Notes under the pieces: generated by a model | Database searches by the model: none | What the model was told of the DNA's origin: nothing | Seen by the model: only the letters and a program-made list of their open reading frames with translations | NCBI GenBank assembly: GCA_964291675.2 | Contig: OZ219866.1 | Location: 3,488,001-3,552,000, forward strand | Origin: Alphaproteobacteria bacterium | GTDB taxonomy: Bacteria > Pseudomonadota > Alphaproteobacteria > MPNO01 | Length of the DNA stretch: 64,000 bases | Direction of reading: 5' to 3' | Program-made: the position numbers and the translations under genes | In this document: piece after piece, positions 1 to 9,729 of the stretch | Layout: each line of letters begins with the position of its first letter | Position numbering within the stretch: the first letter of the stretch is position 1

Positions 1-17
1 CCGGTGCGGCGCCCCCG

Positions 18-944
18 CTACCGCCAGGAAGGCTCTTCCGGGTCCGGGTTGTCGGGATGGGTCGAGTCCGGGCCCATATAGACGCCGCGTTTCCAGCTCC
101 GCTTGAGGGGATCGGCGACGCCCACCTCCATGCGCCCGATGCCGGCGATCTCGATCTCCGCGCGGTCGCCGTCCTGCAGCGGCCCCAGCCCCTCGTGATT
201 GGTGCCGCAGCCGATGACGTCGCCCGAGTTGAGGGTCATGATTGCGCTCGCCCACGCGACGAGCTCGGGCACCGGGTGCTCCATGTCGGCGGTGTTGTAG
301 TCGTGGCGCAGCTCGCCCGAGACCCGGAACCGGACGTCGAGGTCGTTGGGGTCGGCGATCTCGTCCGCCGTGACGATGCACGGGCCGAGCGGGGCGAAGG
401 TGTCGAAGGACTTGCCCATCCAGCTCCGCGCCCGCCAGGTCGAACGCCCCTCGCCGCGCGCGGAGACGTCGATCAGGCAGGTGTAGCCGAACACCGCCTC
501 GCGCCAGTGCTCCCGCCGCACGCGCCTGGCCGGGCCCTTGACGACCAGGGCGAGCTCCGCCTCGTGGTGAAACGCCCAGGGCTCGGTCGTCTCGGGCAGC
601 ATGACGGTGTCTCCCGGTCCGATCACCGCATCGTGGTTTTTCAGGAACATGTTGAGCGGGCGCGGATCGCGCTCCCGGTGCTCCCGGTAATTGCCGATGC
701 AGCAGAGCATCTTGCCGGGCCGCGGCAGCGGCGCGCGCAGCCGGACCCGGTCGAGCGGGATCGCGTCTCCTTCGGCGTCCAGGCGGGCAAGGTCTCCCCG
801 CATCGCATCGAAGCCGTCGACGATGCCGTTCATCGTCCGCGCCGGGCCCCCGACCGCCTCGGCCATGTCGACGATACCGCGCGGCGTCAGCAGGCCGGGC
901 CGGACCTCGCCGCCTTCCCGATCCTGAAACTGGACGAGCTTCAA
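18..944 (-). CDS. Fumarylacetoacetate hydrolase family protein
   Basis: Motifs GKMLCCIGNY, HHEAELALVV, DVSAR, GKSFDTFAPLGP; TTG start at 944 after a GGAGG RBS. Confidence 0.85.
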   Translation of the reverse strand: MKLVQFQDREGGEVRPGLLTPRGIVDMAEAVGGPARTMNGIVDGFDAMRGDLARLDAEGDAIPLDRVRLRAPLPRPGKMLCCIGNYREHRERDPRPLNMFLKNHDAVIGPGDTVMLPETTEPWAFHHEAELALVVKGPARRVRREHWREAVFGYTCLIDVSARGEGRSTWRARSWMGKSFDTFAPLGPCIVTADEIADPNDLDVRFRVSGELRHDYNTADMEHPVPELVAWASAIMTLNSGDVIGCGTNHEGLGPLQDGDRAEIEIAGIGRMEVGVADPLKRSWKRGVYMGPDSTHPDNPDPEEPSWR

Positions 945-990
945 GTGCTTCCCTCCATCGGCCGGCCTCCCCTGCGCCGCGGATCGTCCC

Positions 991-1734
991 TCAGGGCCCG
1001 TCGACCATCGCGAAGACGCGCGCCGGCGAGCCGTCGAGCCCTTCGAGCCGCAGCGGGATCGCCGCCAGCACGAACGGTTCGGCGCCGATGGCGCCGACAT
1101 TGGTGACCATCTGGACGATCGTCGTGCCGTTGCCGAGCAGCGCGCGGTGGTTCGGCCCGGGCGGCAGGCCCGGCGCCGGCGGCATGCGCCAGAACGGGAT
1201 CTCCGGATGGAAGTCGATGGCGACCGCGCTGACGCCGCGTTCGACCAGCAGCCGGCTGACGCTCACGTCCATGTAGATGACGTCGTTCCAGTAGGCGTCG
1301 GTGCCCCATGCCCGGTCGGTCCAGGCGGTATGCAGGATCGGGATCACCGTTTCGTCGAACGCCACGCCGGTCTCCAGGATCGCGTCCGCGGTGACGCTCC
1401 CGCCGGGCTCGATATGCGTCAGCGGAATCACGCGTCCCGGCTTCACCAGGCTCTCCAGCGGGATCTCGTCGACCGCCCTGCCGCCATCGATGAAGTGGCG
1501 CGGCGCGTCGATATGAGTGCCGATATGGGTCAGGATCTCGACCTTGCTGGTCATGTGATGGGCGATCTCGATTCCGTCAGCCAGCTCGATGCGTTCCTCC
1601 GCGAGCGTCGCGGCCTGGGCCTCGCTGAGCGCGGTCAGGGCGATGCAGCGCGTCGGGTTGTCCCGGTACTGCGCGAGCCGCGGCATCGGGCGCATGTCGC
1701 GGTTGATCGGCAGCGTCAGGTCGACGATTCGCAT
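991..1734 (-). CDS. Cyclase family (kynurenine formamidase-like) metal hydrolase
   Basis: HIGTHIDAPRH metal motif and C-terminal DGSPARVFA; ATG at 1734 with GAGGAG RBS. Confidence 0.85.
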   Translation of the reverse strand: MRIVDLTLPINRDMRPMPRLAQYRDNPTRCIALTALSEAQAATLAEERIELADGIEIAHHMTSKVEILTHIGTHIDAPRHFIDGGRAVDEIPLESLVKPGRVIPLTHIEPGGSVTADAILETGVAFDETVIPILHTAWTDRAWGTDAYWNDVIYMDVSVSRLLVERGVSAVAIDFHPEIPFWRMPPAPGLPPGPNHRALLGNGTTIVQMVTNVGAIGAEPFVLAAIPLRLEGLDGSPARVFAMVDGP

Positions 1735-1788
1735 AACTCTCCTCGCTCGGTTCACGGGGGACGAGGGCGCCAGGGAGTCGGACCCCGG

Positions 1789-2196
1789 TCAGTTCAGGGT
1801 CTCGGGCTCTCCCGGCGGCTCGTCGGTCGGCGGGCGGCCCTGGGTGGGGCCGGAATGGTGGTGGCAGATTCTCCAGAGGCTGCCCTCGCGCACGAACAGG
1901 TTGGTGGCGAGCAGGAACTGCCCCTCCAGCTCCTCGTAGCAGGTCACCACGCCGATATCGCCGTTGGCGTAGGCGATGGCGGCATGGCACGAGATGTCGG
2001 GCGAGTTGGGATTGCCGATGATCGCCGCCCAGCTCCGCATCACCGCCTCGCGGCCGATCAGCACGTCCCAGCCCGGGTGCATGCAGACGATGGGCTCGCG
2101 TTCCGCCCACATCGCCTCCATCGCCTCGGCGTCACGGTCGGCGAAGGCGCGGTAGAACGCCTCGTTGGCAAACAGCAGCGTGTCGATATCGGACAT
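1789..2196 (-). CDS. SnoaL/NTF2-like protein
   Basis: ANEAFYRAFA...HPGW...ATNLF...WRICHHH pattern. Confidence 0.8.
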   Translation of the reverse strand: MSDIDTLLFANEAFYRAFADRDAEAMEAMWAEREPIVCMHPGWDVLIGREAVMRSWAAIIGNPNSPDISCHAAIAYANGDIGVVTCYEELEGQFLLATNLFVREGSLWRICHHHSGPTQGRPPTDEPPGEPETLN

Positions 2197-2318
2197 CCGG
2201 TGTCCCCCGGCCGAACAGCAGCACATGCGCCGCGCTTTGGCAATCCGGGGACCGCCTCCGCCTTGTCCGGTCCCCGGCCCTGTGGTCAAATCCGCTGCCG
2301 CGGATTCGGGAGACCGCC

Positions 2319-3384
2319 ATGTTCCTGCGCAATTGCTGGTATGTCGCCGCCTACGACCACGAGGTCGGCGAGGCGCCCTTCGCCCGCACGCTCCTCGGCG
2401 AGCCCGTCGTGCTCTACCGCAAGAGCGACGGCACCGCCGCGGCGCTCGCCGATTCGTGCTGCCACCGGGCGCTGCCGCTGTCGATGGGGACGGTCGTCGG
2501 CGACCACCTGCGCTGCGGCTATCACGGCCTCGTCTTCGCCGCCGACGGCGCCTGCGTCTCGGTCCCCGGCCAGACCGCGGTGCCGCCCGGCGCCGCCGTG
2601 CAATCCTACCCGGCGACCGAGCGCTATGGCTGGATCTGGGTGTGGATGGGCGATCCCGCGCTCGCCGATCCGGCGCTGCTGCCGGACTGGCACTGGCTCG
2701 AATCGCCCGACTGGGAGATGGTGGAGGGCAATGGCGGGAAGCCGCTGCCGATGGCCTGCAACTACGAGCTGATCTCGGACAACCTGTTCGACCTCACCCA
2801 CCTGTCCTATGTGCATGCCCACCTCGACCTCCATCGGCACCGACGCGATCGTCGATTTTCCCTGCAAGACCGAGCGCCTGGAGCGGTCGGTGCGCATGTC
2901 GCGGCTGGTGATCGACCGCCCCGCGGCGCCGTTCTACCAGTGGTGCGGCAACTTCGCGGGCAATGTCGACCGCTGGCTGATCACGACGATCGACATGCCG
3001 TGCTTCCTGGTCAACCACGCGGGCTGCGTCGATACCGGGACCGGGATCGACATGCATGACGGCCGCCGCGACGGCGGGGTGGAGCTCAAGGTGCTGAACG
3101 CGCTCACCCCGGAGACCGCGACGACGACGCACTATTTCTACGGGCACACGCGCAATTTCCGCCTCGGAGAGGAAGAGGTGACCGAGAAGTTCCGCACCAA
3201 CTTCACCCAGGTCTTCCTGGAGGACAAGGCGATCCTGGAGGCCCAGCAGGCGATGATGTCGAGCGATCCCGATGCGCCGCAGATCGACATCAACGCGGAC
3301 GGCCCCGGCATCCAGGTCCGCCGGCTGCTGCGCGAGCTGATCGCCGCCGAGCGGCGCGACCCCGCGTCGATCGCCGCGGAATAG
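2319..3384 (+). pseudogene. Rieske non-heme iron oxygenase (VanA-like), frameshifted near 2820
   Basis: CCHR...CGYHG Rieske motif and DNLFDLTHLSYVH in the first frame; catalytic C-terminal part (FLEDKAILEAQQ) continues in another frame (ORF 2809..3384). Confidence 0.75.
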
Positions 3385-3395
3385 GCGAAGCGGCA

Positions 3396-4571
3396 ATGGC
3401 GGCGCTCGACGGGATCCGCATCCTCGAACTCACCACGATGATCACCGGCCCGCTCGGCGGGCAGATGCTCGCCGATCTCGGGGCCGATGTCGTCAAAATC
3501 GAGAACCCCGCCGGCGGCGACATGTTCCGCAGCTGGCGGGGCGGCACCTACAGCGCCCATTTCCTCGCCTATAACCGCAACAAGCGCTCGATGACCCTCA
3601 ATTTGCGGTCGGAGGAGGGGAGGGAGATCCTGCTCCGCCTGGTCGAGACCGCCGACGTGCTGCTGGAGAACTTCCGGCCGGGGGTGATGGACCGGCTCGG
3701 CCTCGGGCTGGACGCGCTGAGAGCGCGCAATCCGGGGCTGATCTATTGCTCGATCACCGGTTTCGGCGAGGACGGACCCTACCGGGACCGCCCGGCCTAC
3801 GATGCCGTCGCGCAGTCGCTGTCGGGCGTCTCCTCGATGTTCATCGAGCCCGAGGACCCGCAGATCACCGGACCCACGATCGCCGACAACATGACCGGAA
3901 TCAACGCCTGCTACGGCATTCTCGGCGCCCTGTTCGAGCGCGAACGGACCGGCAAGGCGCGCCGGGTCGACGTCAACATGCTCGAATCGACCATCACCTT
4001 CATGCCCGACCCGTGGTCCAACCTGATCCAGGGCGGGTTCCCGCAGGGGCCGCATGCGAGGGTCCGGGCGTCGCAGTCCTACTCGCTGCGCTGCTCGGAC
4101 GGCAAGCTGCTGGCGCTCCATCTGTCGTCGCCGCAGAAATTCTGGCAGGGGGTGCAGAACGCGTTCGAGCGGCCCGATCTCGGCGCCGACGAGCGCTTCG
4201 CCCTGCGAGAGTCGCGAATCGAGAACTATTTCGCGCTCAAGGCCGAGTTCCAGAAGACGGTCGGAACCAGGCCGCGGGCGCACTGGATGGCCAGGCTGGA
4301 GGCCGAGGACGTGCCGTTCGCGCCGATCCTCACCCTGCCCGAGGTGCGCGAGGACCCGCAGGTCCGCCATCTGGAGAGCTTTTTCGAGACCGCGCACCCG
4401 GAGGAGGGGACGATGACGCTGCTGCGCCGGCCGGTGCGCTTCGACGGCGCGCGCGACGACCAGCCGACGGCGCCGCCGCCCCAGCTCGGCGAGCATACCG
4501 ACGACATTCTGGGCGAGCTCGGCTACGACGCGGCCGGGATCGGCCGCCTGCGCCAGGACGCGGTGGTCTGA
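3396..4571 (+). CDS. CaiB/BaiF family III CoA transferase
   Basis: LADLGADVVKIE, NRNKRS, ENFRPG, YDAVAQ motifs. Confidence 0.9.
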   Translation: MAALDGIRILELTTMITGPLGGQMLADLGADVVKIENPAGGDMFRSWRGGTYSAHFLAYNRNKRSMTLNLRSEEGREILLRLVETADVLLENFRPGVMDRLGLGLDALRARNPGLIYCSITGFGEDGPYRDRPAYDAVAQSLSGVSSMFIEPEDPQITGPTIADNMTGINACYGILGALFERERTGKARRVDVNMLESTITFMPDPWSNLIQGGFPQGPHARVRASQSYSLRCSDGKLLALHLSSPQKFWQGVQNAFERPDLGADERFALRESRIENYFALKAEFQKTVGTRPRAHWMARLEAEDVPFAPILTLPEVREDPQVRHLESFFETAHPEEGTMTLLRRPVRFDGARDDQPTAPPPQLGEHTDDILGELGYDAAGIGRLRQDAVV

Positions 4572-4647
4572 CCGGCGGCGTGCGGTTGACCGCGCCTTGC
4601 CGCGCTGCGAAAAGGGCGGGGGCGGCAGGGCGAGCGGGGCGCGCCGG

Positions 4648-5064
4648 ATGAAGGTCAGGATCACCGAGTATCTCGACATCGAGCTCGAAGCCGAGCGCTG
4701 GTGCTGCAATCGCTGCGGCCACGATCTGGGCGATGCGCGCGAATCCTACAAGCGGGGGTGCCTGGTACGCGAGCGCGACCCCCGCGAGATCCATTTCCCG
4801 ATCGGCCCGAGCAAGGAGTTCAACTTCTCCTTCGATCCCGACTGGATGCGCATCGTCGAGTTCTACTGCCCGGGCTGCGCGGTCATGGTGGAGAACGAAT
4901 ACCTGCCGCCCGGCCACCCGCTGACCTGGGACATCCAGCTCGACATCGACAAGCTCAAGAAGAAGCACGGGGTGAAATCCCGCAGGCGGTCCCGCAAGCC
5001 CGCGTCCGGCGCAAAGCGCGCCGCCGGCCGCTCCCGGGCCGGGACCGGGGCGCCGGCGCGCTAG
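4648..5064 (+). CDS. Acetone carboxylase gamma subunit-like Zn protein
   Basis: CNRCGH...YKRGCL...EFYCPGC...ENEYLPPGHP pattern; basic C-terminal tail. Confidence 0.7.
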   Translation: MKVRITEYLDIELEAERWCCNRCGHDLGDARESYKRGCLVRERDPREIHFPIGPSKEFNFSFDPDWMRIVEFYCPGCAVMVENEYLPPGHPLTWDIQLDIDKLKKKHGVKSRRRSRKPASGAKRAAGRSRAGTGAPAR

Positions 5065-5147
5065 CCGAGCCGCTTGCGCCAGGCCGGCAAATGCGGAAAC
5101 CTGTCCGTCCGACACGTCCGGGAAACGAAACCACAGGGAGCTCGACC

Positions 5148-6143
5148 ATGAGGAAATCACTGCTCACGATCGCCGCCGCGGCGGTGGCCGGAGCGCTGCT
5201 CGCCGCGCCGGCGGTGCAGGCCGCGGAGGTCGCACTCAAGGGCATTTCCGCCTGGCCCAAGAACTTCCCGCTCACCCCCGATTTCCTGCGCTTCATCGAA
5301 CACGCCAACAAGGAAGCGGCGGGGCAGTTCAAGATCAAGTTCATCGGCGGGCCGGAGATCGCCAAGGCGCCGGCCCAGGCCAAGGGGTTCAAGTCGGGTC
5401 TCTACGACCTGATGTTCACCGCCGCCAGCTACCACCGCGGCGTGGCCCCCGAGGTCGACGCGCTGTCGGCGACGATGATCCGGCCGTGGGATGCCCGCAA
5501 GTCCGGCGCGATGGACGCCCTCAACCGGGCGATGACCAAGCGACTCGACGGGATCATCCTGTCGCAGACCGCGACCAGCGTCTCCTTCGTGCTCTATCTC
5601 AGCCGCGAGCCCAAGCGGCACGCCGACGGCATGATCTCGCTCGAAGGCTTCAAGATGCGCTCGGTGCCGATCTATGACGCGTTCCTGAGGGCGCTGGGCG
5701 CGACCACCATCACCGTCCAGGTGCCGGAGATCTACAACGCGCTGGAGCGCGGGCTGGTCGACGGCTTCGCCTTCCCCGAGCTGTTCACCCGGCCTATGGG
5801 CTGGCCGAAATTCGTCAAGTACCGGGTCTATCCGAGGTTCTACCAGCTCGAGCCCTGCATCTTCATCTCCAACAAGGCGCTGAAGAAGCTGAGCCCGAAA
5901 GGCCGCGAGCTGATGCTCAAGCTGGGCCGCGACTGGGAGCACATTTCGCACGACTACTGGAAGCCGCTGGTGGAGAAGGAGTCCGAGATCCTCGCCAAGG
6001 AGTTCGGCCACAAGACGATCACCATGTCGGGCGACGCGGCGAAGCGCTATATCGGCCTGGCCAACAACCTGCCCATCGAGCGCCTGAAGAAGGTCGACAC
6101 GCCCGAGGCGAAGACGCTTTCCAAGCTCTATCACGGCCAGTAG
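5148..6143 (+). CDS. dctP: TRAP transporter substrate-binding protein
   Basis: Signal peptide, GGPE, EIYNALERGLVDG; followed by dctQ and dctM. Confidence 0.88.
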   Translation: MRKSLLTIAAAAVAGALLAAPAVQAAEVALKGISAWPKNFPLTPDFLRFIEHANKEAAGQFKIKFIGGPEIAKAPAQAKGFKSGLYDLMFTAASYHRGVAPEVDALSATMIRPWDARKSGAMDALNRAMTKRLDGIILSQTATSVSFVLYLSREPKRHADGMISLEGFKMRSVPIYDAFLRALGATTITVQVPEIYNALERGLVDGFAFPELFTRPMGWPKFVKYRVYPRFYQLEPCIFISNKALKKLSPKGRELMLKLGRDWEHISHDYWKPLVEKESEILAKEFGHKTITMSGDAAKRYIGLANNLPIERLKKVDTPEAKTLSKLYHGQ

Positions 6144-6156
6144 GCCGCAACCCCGC

Positions 6157-6191
6157 CCGCGCGCTCCGGAAGCCGCTTCGGGAGCGCGCGG
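6157..6191 (+). terminator. GC-rich stem-loop between dctP and dctQ (attenuating or mRNA-stabilising)
   Basis: CCGCGCGCTCCGGAAG-ccg-CTTCGGGAGCGCGCGG near-perfect inverted repeat; no U-tract. Confidence 0.5.
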
Positions 6192-6215
6192 CGGTGCCTC
6201 CCTGGCGTCGCCGCG

Positions 6216-6728
6216 ATGAAACTCCTATCCCGCGCCTATGACGGGCTGATCGTCGGCCTCGCCATTCTCGCCGGGCTGATGCTGGTGGTGATCTTCGTCG
6301 GCATCATCGCCGACGTGGCGATCCGCACCGCCGGTTACAACGCGCTCCAGTGGTACAGCGCGATCGCCGAATACTGCCTCCTGTTCTCGACCATGCTGGC
6401 CGCCCCCTGGCTGGTGCGGCTCAGGGGCCACGTGGTCGTCGAGTCGCTGACCATGGCGATGCCGCCGCCGGTGCGATGGGCGATGGCCAAGGCGGTCTAT
6501 GTGCTCTGCATCGTGCTGTCCCTGCTGTTCGTCTATTACGGCTTCGTCGAGCTGGCGCTGACGCTGGAGACCGGCGAGCTCGACCTGCGCTCGATCGACA
6601 TGCCGAAATGGATCCTGTTCCTGCCGTTTCCGCTCGGCTTCACCCTGGTGGCGATCGAGTTCGGCCGCTATTTGCTCGGCTTCGGGTCCTACTACACCGG
6701 CAGGGTCGGCTCCTCGGAGTCGCTGTGA
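6216..6728 (+). CDS. dctQ: TRAP transporter small permease
   Basis: 170 aa, four hydrophobic segments, GHV motif. Confidence 0.85.
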   Translation: MKLLSRAYDGLIVGLAILAGLMLVVIFVGIIADVAIRTAGYNALQWYSAIAEYCLLFSTMLAAPWLVRLRGHVVVESLTMAMPPPVRWAMAKAVYVLCIVLSLLFVYYGFVELALTLETGELDLRSIDMPKWILFLPFPLGFTLVAIEFGRYLLGFGSYYTGRVGSSESL

Positions 6729-8056
6729 TGGCGCTGCTCGGCGAGTGGTACGGCATCGCCGGGTTCCTGGTCGGCATGGTCGTGGTGTTCATGCTGCTCG
6801 GCATCCCGGTCGCCTTCGCCTTCCTGACCGCCAACATCGTCGGCGCGATGATCTATATGGGCGGGCTCGACGCGATGCCGCAGATCGTCGTCAACGCCGT
6901 CGAATCGGTCACCATCTTCGCCCTGATCCCGGTGCCGCTGTTCATCATCATGGGCGAATTGTTCTTCCACACCGGGCTTGCCATCCGGGTGTTCGACGCG
7001 CTCGACCTGTGCTTCGGCCGGCTGCCCGGGCGGCTCTCCTACATCACCGTCGTCGGCGGCACCATCTTCGCCACGCTGTCGGGCTCGACCATGGCGAATA
7101 CCGCGATGATGGGCTCGATGATGGTCCCCGAGATGACCAGCCGGGGCTACAAGAAGCACATGTCGATGGGGCCGATCCTCGGCACCGGCGGGCTGGCGAT
7201 GATCATCCCGCCATCGGCGCTCGCGGTGCTGCTGGCGAGCCTCGCCGAGATCGATATCGGGGCGCTGCTGATCGCCGGCGTGCTCCCCGGGCTGGTGCTG
7301 GCGGCGCTCTACTCGATCCTGATCTACGCCCAGGTCAAGCTCGACAAGGACGCGGCACCGGCCTATGTGGTGGAATCGGCCTCTCTCGGCCGGGTGCTGC
7401 TCGCGCTCGTGGTCAACGTCCTGCCGATGGGCTTCGTGGTGTTCTGCGTGATCGGGCTGATCATCCTGGGCATCGCGACGCCCACCGAATCGGCCGGGTT
7501 CGGTGCGCTCGGCGTGCTCATCCTCGCCGCGCTCTACCGGGTGCTCTCCTGGGACGTGATCGTGAAGTCGGTCGCCGGCTCGGTCCGGGTGACCGCGATG
7601 GTGCTGCTGATCATCCTCGCCTCCTCGACCTTCAGCCAGCTGCTTGCCTTCACCGGCGCCAGCGCCGGGCTGATCGACTGGGCGACCAAGGTCGATCTGG
7701 CGCCGATCGTCATGCTGCTGATCATGTTCGGTGTCCTCCTGGTCCTCGGCATGTTCATGGACCAGGTCTCGATGATGCTGATCACCGTGCCGATCTTCTT
7801 CCCGCTCGCCCAGACGCTGGAGTTCGACCTGGTCTGGTTCGGGCTGGTGATGCTGCTGGCGCTGGAGATCAGCCTCACCACCCCGCCCTTCGGGCTGCTG
7901 CTGTTCGTGATGATCGGCGTCGCGCCGCGCGGGACGACGCTCTGGCAGGTCGCGATGGCGGCCGCCCCCTATATCGGCTGCGCGCTGATCGTTCTGGTGC
8001 TGCTGATCCTGTTCCCCGGGCTCGCGCTCTACCTGCCGGGGCTGATGGTGAGCTGA
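6728..8056 (+). CDS. dctM: TRAP transporter large permease
   Basis: IIPPS and TPPFG motifs; TGATG overlap with dctQ. Confidence 0.9.
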   Translation: MALLGEWYGIAGFLVGMVVVFMLLGIPVAFAFLTANIVGAMIYMGGLDAMPQIVVNAVESVTIFALIPVPLFIIMGELFFHTGLAIRVFDALDLCFGRLPGRLSYITVVGGTIFATLSGSTMANTAMMGSMMVPEMTSRGYKKHMSMGPILGTGGLAMIIPPSALAVLLASLAEIDIGALLIAGVLPGLVLAALYSILIYAQVKLDKDAAPAYVVESASLGRVLLALVVNVLPMGFVVFCVIGLIILGIATPTESAGFGALGVLILAALYRVLSWDVIVKSVAGSVRVTAMVLLIILASSTFSQLLAFTGASAGLIDWATKVDLAPIVMLLIMFGVLLVLGMFMDQVSMMLITVPIFFPLAQTLEFDLVWFGLVMLLALEISLTTPPFGLLLFVMIGVAPRGTTLWQVAMAAAPYIGCALIVLVLLILFPGLALYLPGLMVS

Positions 8057-8063
8057 CCCGCGC

Positions 8064-8098
8064 TTGCTCCAATTTGGGGCTTGGTGTATCTTATACAC
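8064..8098 (+). promoter_or_regulatory. sigma70-type promoter with overlapping palindromic operator for vapBC
   Basis: TTGCTC-17 bp-TATCTT ending 6 nt before the ATG; GTGTAT-ctt-ATACAC inverted repeat at 8084-8098. Confidence 0.55.
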
Positions 8099-8302
8099 AT
8101 GTCACGCACCAATATCGACATCGACGACGAAGCCTGTGCCGAGGTGATGCGCCGCTTCCGCCTGGCGACCAAGCGGGAAGCGGTGAATTTCGCTCTGCGG
8201 ATGCTCGCGGCGGAGCCGCTCGGGATCGATGAGGCCAGGCGGCTTCGCGGATCGGGCTGGGACGGCGATCTCGAAGAGCTGCGCTCCGGCCGCTCGGCTT
8301 GA
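8099..8302 (+). CDS. vapB: VapB antitoxin (ribbon-helix-helix type)
   Basis: [10 protein letters not shown]...[11 protein letters not shown]...[12 protein letters not shown]; overlaps vapC by 4 bp. Confidence 0.85.
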   Translation: MSRTNIDIDDEACAEVMRRFRLATKREAVNFALRMLAAEPLGIDEARRLRGSGWDGDLEELRSGRSA

Positions 8303-8691
8303 TCCTGGTCGATACATCCGCCTGGGTCGAATTCCTGCGCGGTACCGGCTCGGCGACCTGTAACCGCGTCGAGGCCCTGCTCGCGAGCGAGACCGCGACC
8401 TGCGACGTGGTCCGGATGGAGCTGCTGGCCGGCGCGCGCGACGAGCGCCATCTCGAGAATCTCCGACGCCTGCTTGCGCGAGCGGTCTTCATTCCTGTGA
8501 TGCCGGCGGATTACGAGCGCGGCGCCGAACTCTATCGCCGCTGCCGACAGCGCGGCGAGACGGTGCGCAAGCTGGTCGACTGTCTCATCGCCGCCGTCGC
8601 GATTCGCGTCGATGTGGCGGTGCTCCATCGCGACGCCGATTTCGACGTCCTGGCGCGTCACACGGAGCTGCGGATCGACCGCTGCGGCTGA
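8299..8691 (+). CDS. vapC: VapC PIN-domain toxin
   Basis: [23 protein letters not shown] acidic PIN residues. Confidence 0.9.
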   Translation: MILVDTSAWVEFLRGTGSATCNRVEALLASETATCDVVRMELLAGARDERHLENLRRLLARAVFIPVMPADYERGAELYRRCRQRGETVRKLVDCLIAAVAIRVDVAVLHRDADFDVLARHTELRIDRCG

Positions 8692-8703
8692 AGCCGCGCC
8701 CCC

Positions 8704-9729
8704 TCAACCCGGCCGGGCGAGGGCGGTGGCGATGCGTTCCAGGCGGACGGAGCCGACCGGCTTGCCGTCGCGGGTGACCGCGGCGACCTCCGCCCCGCTG
8801 CCGATCAGCGATTGAAGAGCGTCGTCGAGCACCGTCGCGGCGTCGATCTCGGGCGCGCCGTTCGCCGGCCCGGCGTCCATGATCGAGGCGACCTCGATCA
8901 CCCGGCCGCGGTTGATGTCCTTGATGAAGTCGGAGACGTAGTCGTCCGCCGGGCGCAGCACGATGTCCTGCGGGGTCCCGATCTGCACCGCCTCGCCGTC
9001 GCGCAGGATGGCGATGTTGTTGCCGAGCCGCAGCGCCTCTTCGAGGTCGTGGGTGATGAACACGATGGTCTTGTGCAGCTCGGTCTGGAGGTCGAGCAGG
9101 ATGTCCTGCATGTCGGTGCGGATCAGCGGGTCGAGCGCCGAGAACGGCTCGTCCATCAGCAGGATCTCGGCATCGGTGGCGAGCGCCCGCGCCAGCCCCA
9201 CCCGCTGCTGCATGCCGCCCGAGAGCTGCGCGGTGTAGTAGTTCTCGTAGCCGCTGAGCCCGACCCGGTCGATCCAGCGCTGGCTGCGTTCGGCGACCTC
9301 CGCCTTGTCGACCCCCTGGATGTGCAGGCCGTAGGCGACGTTGGCGACGACGGTCCGGTGGGGCAGCAGCGCGAAGCGCTGGAACACCATCGACGCCTTC
9401 GCGCGCCGGAAGTCGCGCAGCGCCGGCGGGCTCATGGCGAGCACGTCCTCGCCGTCGACCAGCACCTCGCCCGAGGTCGGCTCGATCAGCCGGTTGACGT
9501 GGCGGATCAGGGTCGACTTGCCCGACCCCGACAGCCCCATCACCACCTGGATGTGACGCGCCTCGACGTCGAGGTTGATGTCCTTGAGGCCGAGCACGTG
9601 GCCGTGCCGCTCCAGCAGGTCGTCCTTGGACATCCCCGCCCGGACATGGTCCGTCATGGCGGCCGCGCTGGGCCCGAAGATCTTGTAGAGGTCCCTGATC
9701 GCGACCTTGATGTCAGCGTTGGTGCTCAT
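8704..9729 (-). CDS. proV: Glycine betaine/proline-type ABC transporter ATP-binding protein
   Basis: GLSGSGKS, LSGGMQQRVGLARAL, MDEPFSALDPLIR. Confidence 0.88.
   Translation of the reverse strand: MSTNADIKVAIRDLYKIFGPSAAAMTDHVRAGMSKDDLLERHGHVLGLKDINLDVEARHIQVVMGLSGSGKSTLIRHVNRLIEPTSGEVLVDGEDVLAMSPPALRDFRRAKASMVFQRFALLPHRTVVANVAYGLHIQGVDKAEVAERSQRWIDRVGLSGYENYYTAQLSGGMQQRVGLARALATDAEILLMDEPFSALDPLIRTDMQDILLDLQTELHKTIVFITHDLEEALRLGNNIAILRDGEAVQIGTPQDIVLRPADDYVSDFIKDINRGRVIEVASIMDAGPANGAPEIDAATVLDDALQSLIGSGAEVAAVTRDGKPVGSVRLERIATALARPG

Noticed and set aside
2805-2840. Programmed ribosomal frameshift in the Rieske gene
   Set aside because: No slippery heptamer is visible; a local duplication or sequencing error is simpler
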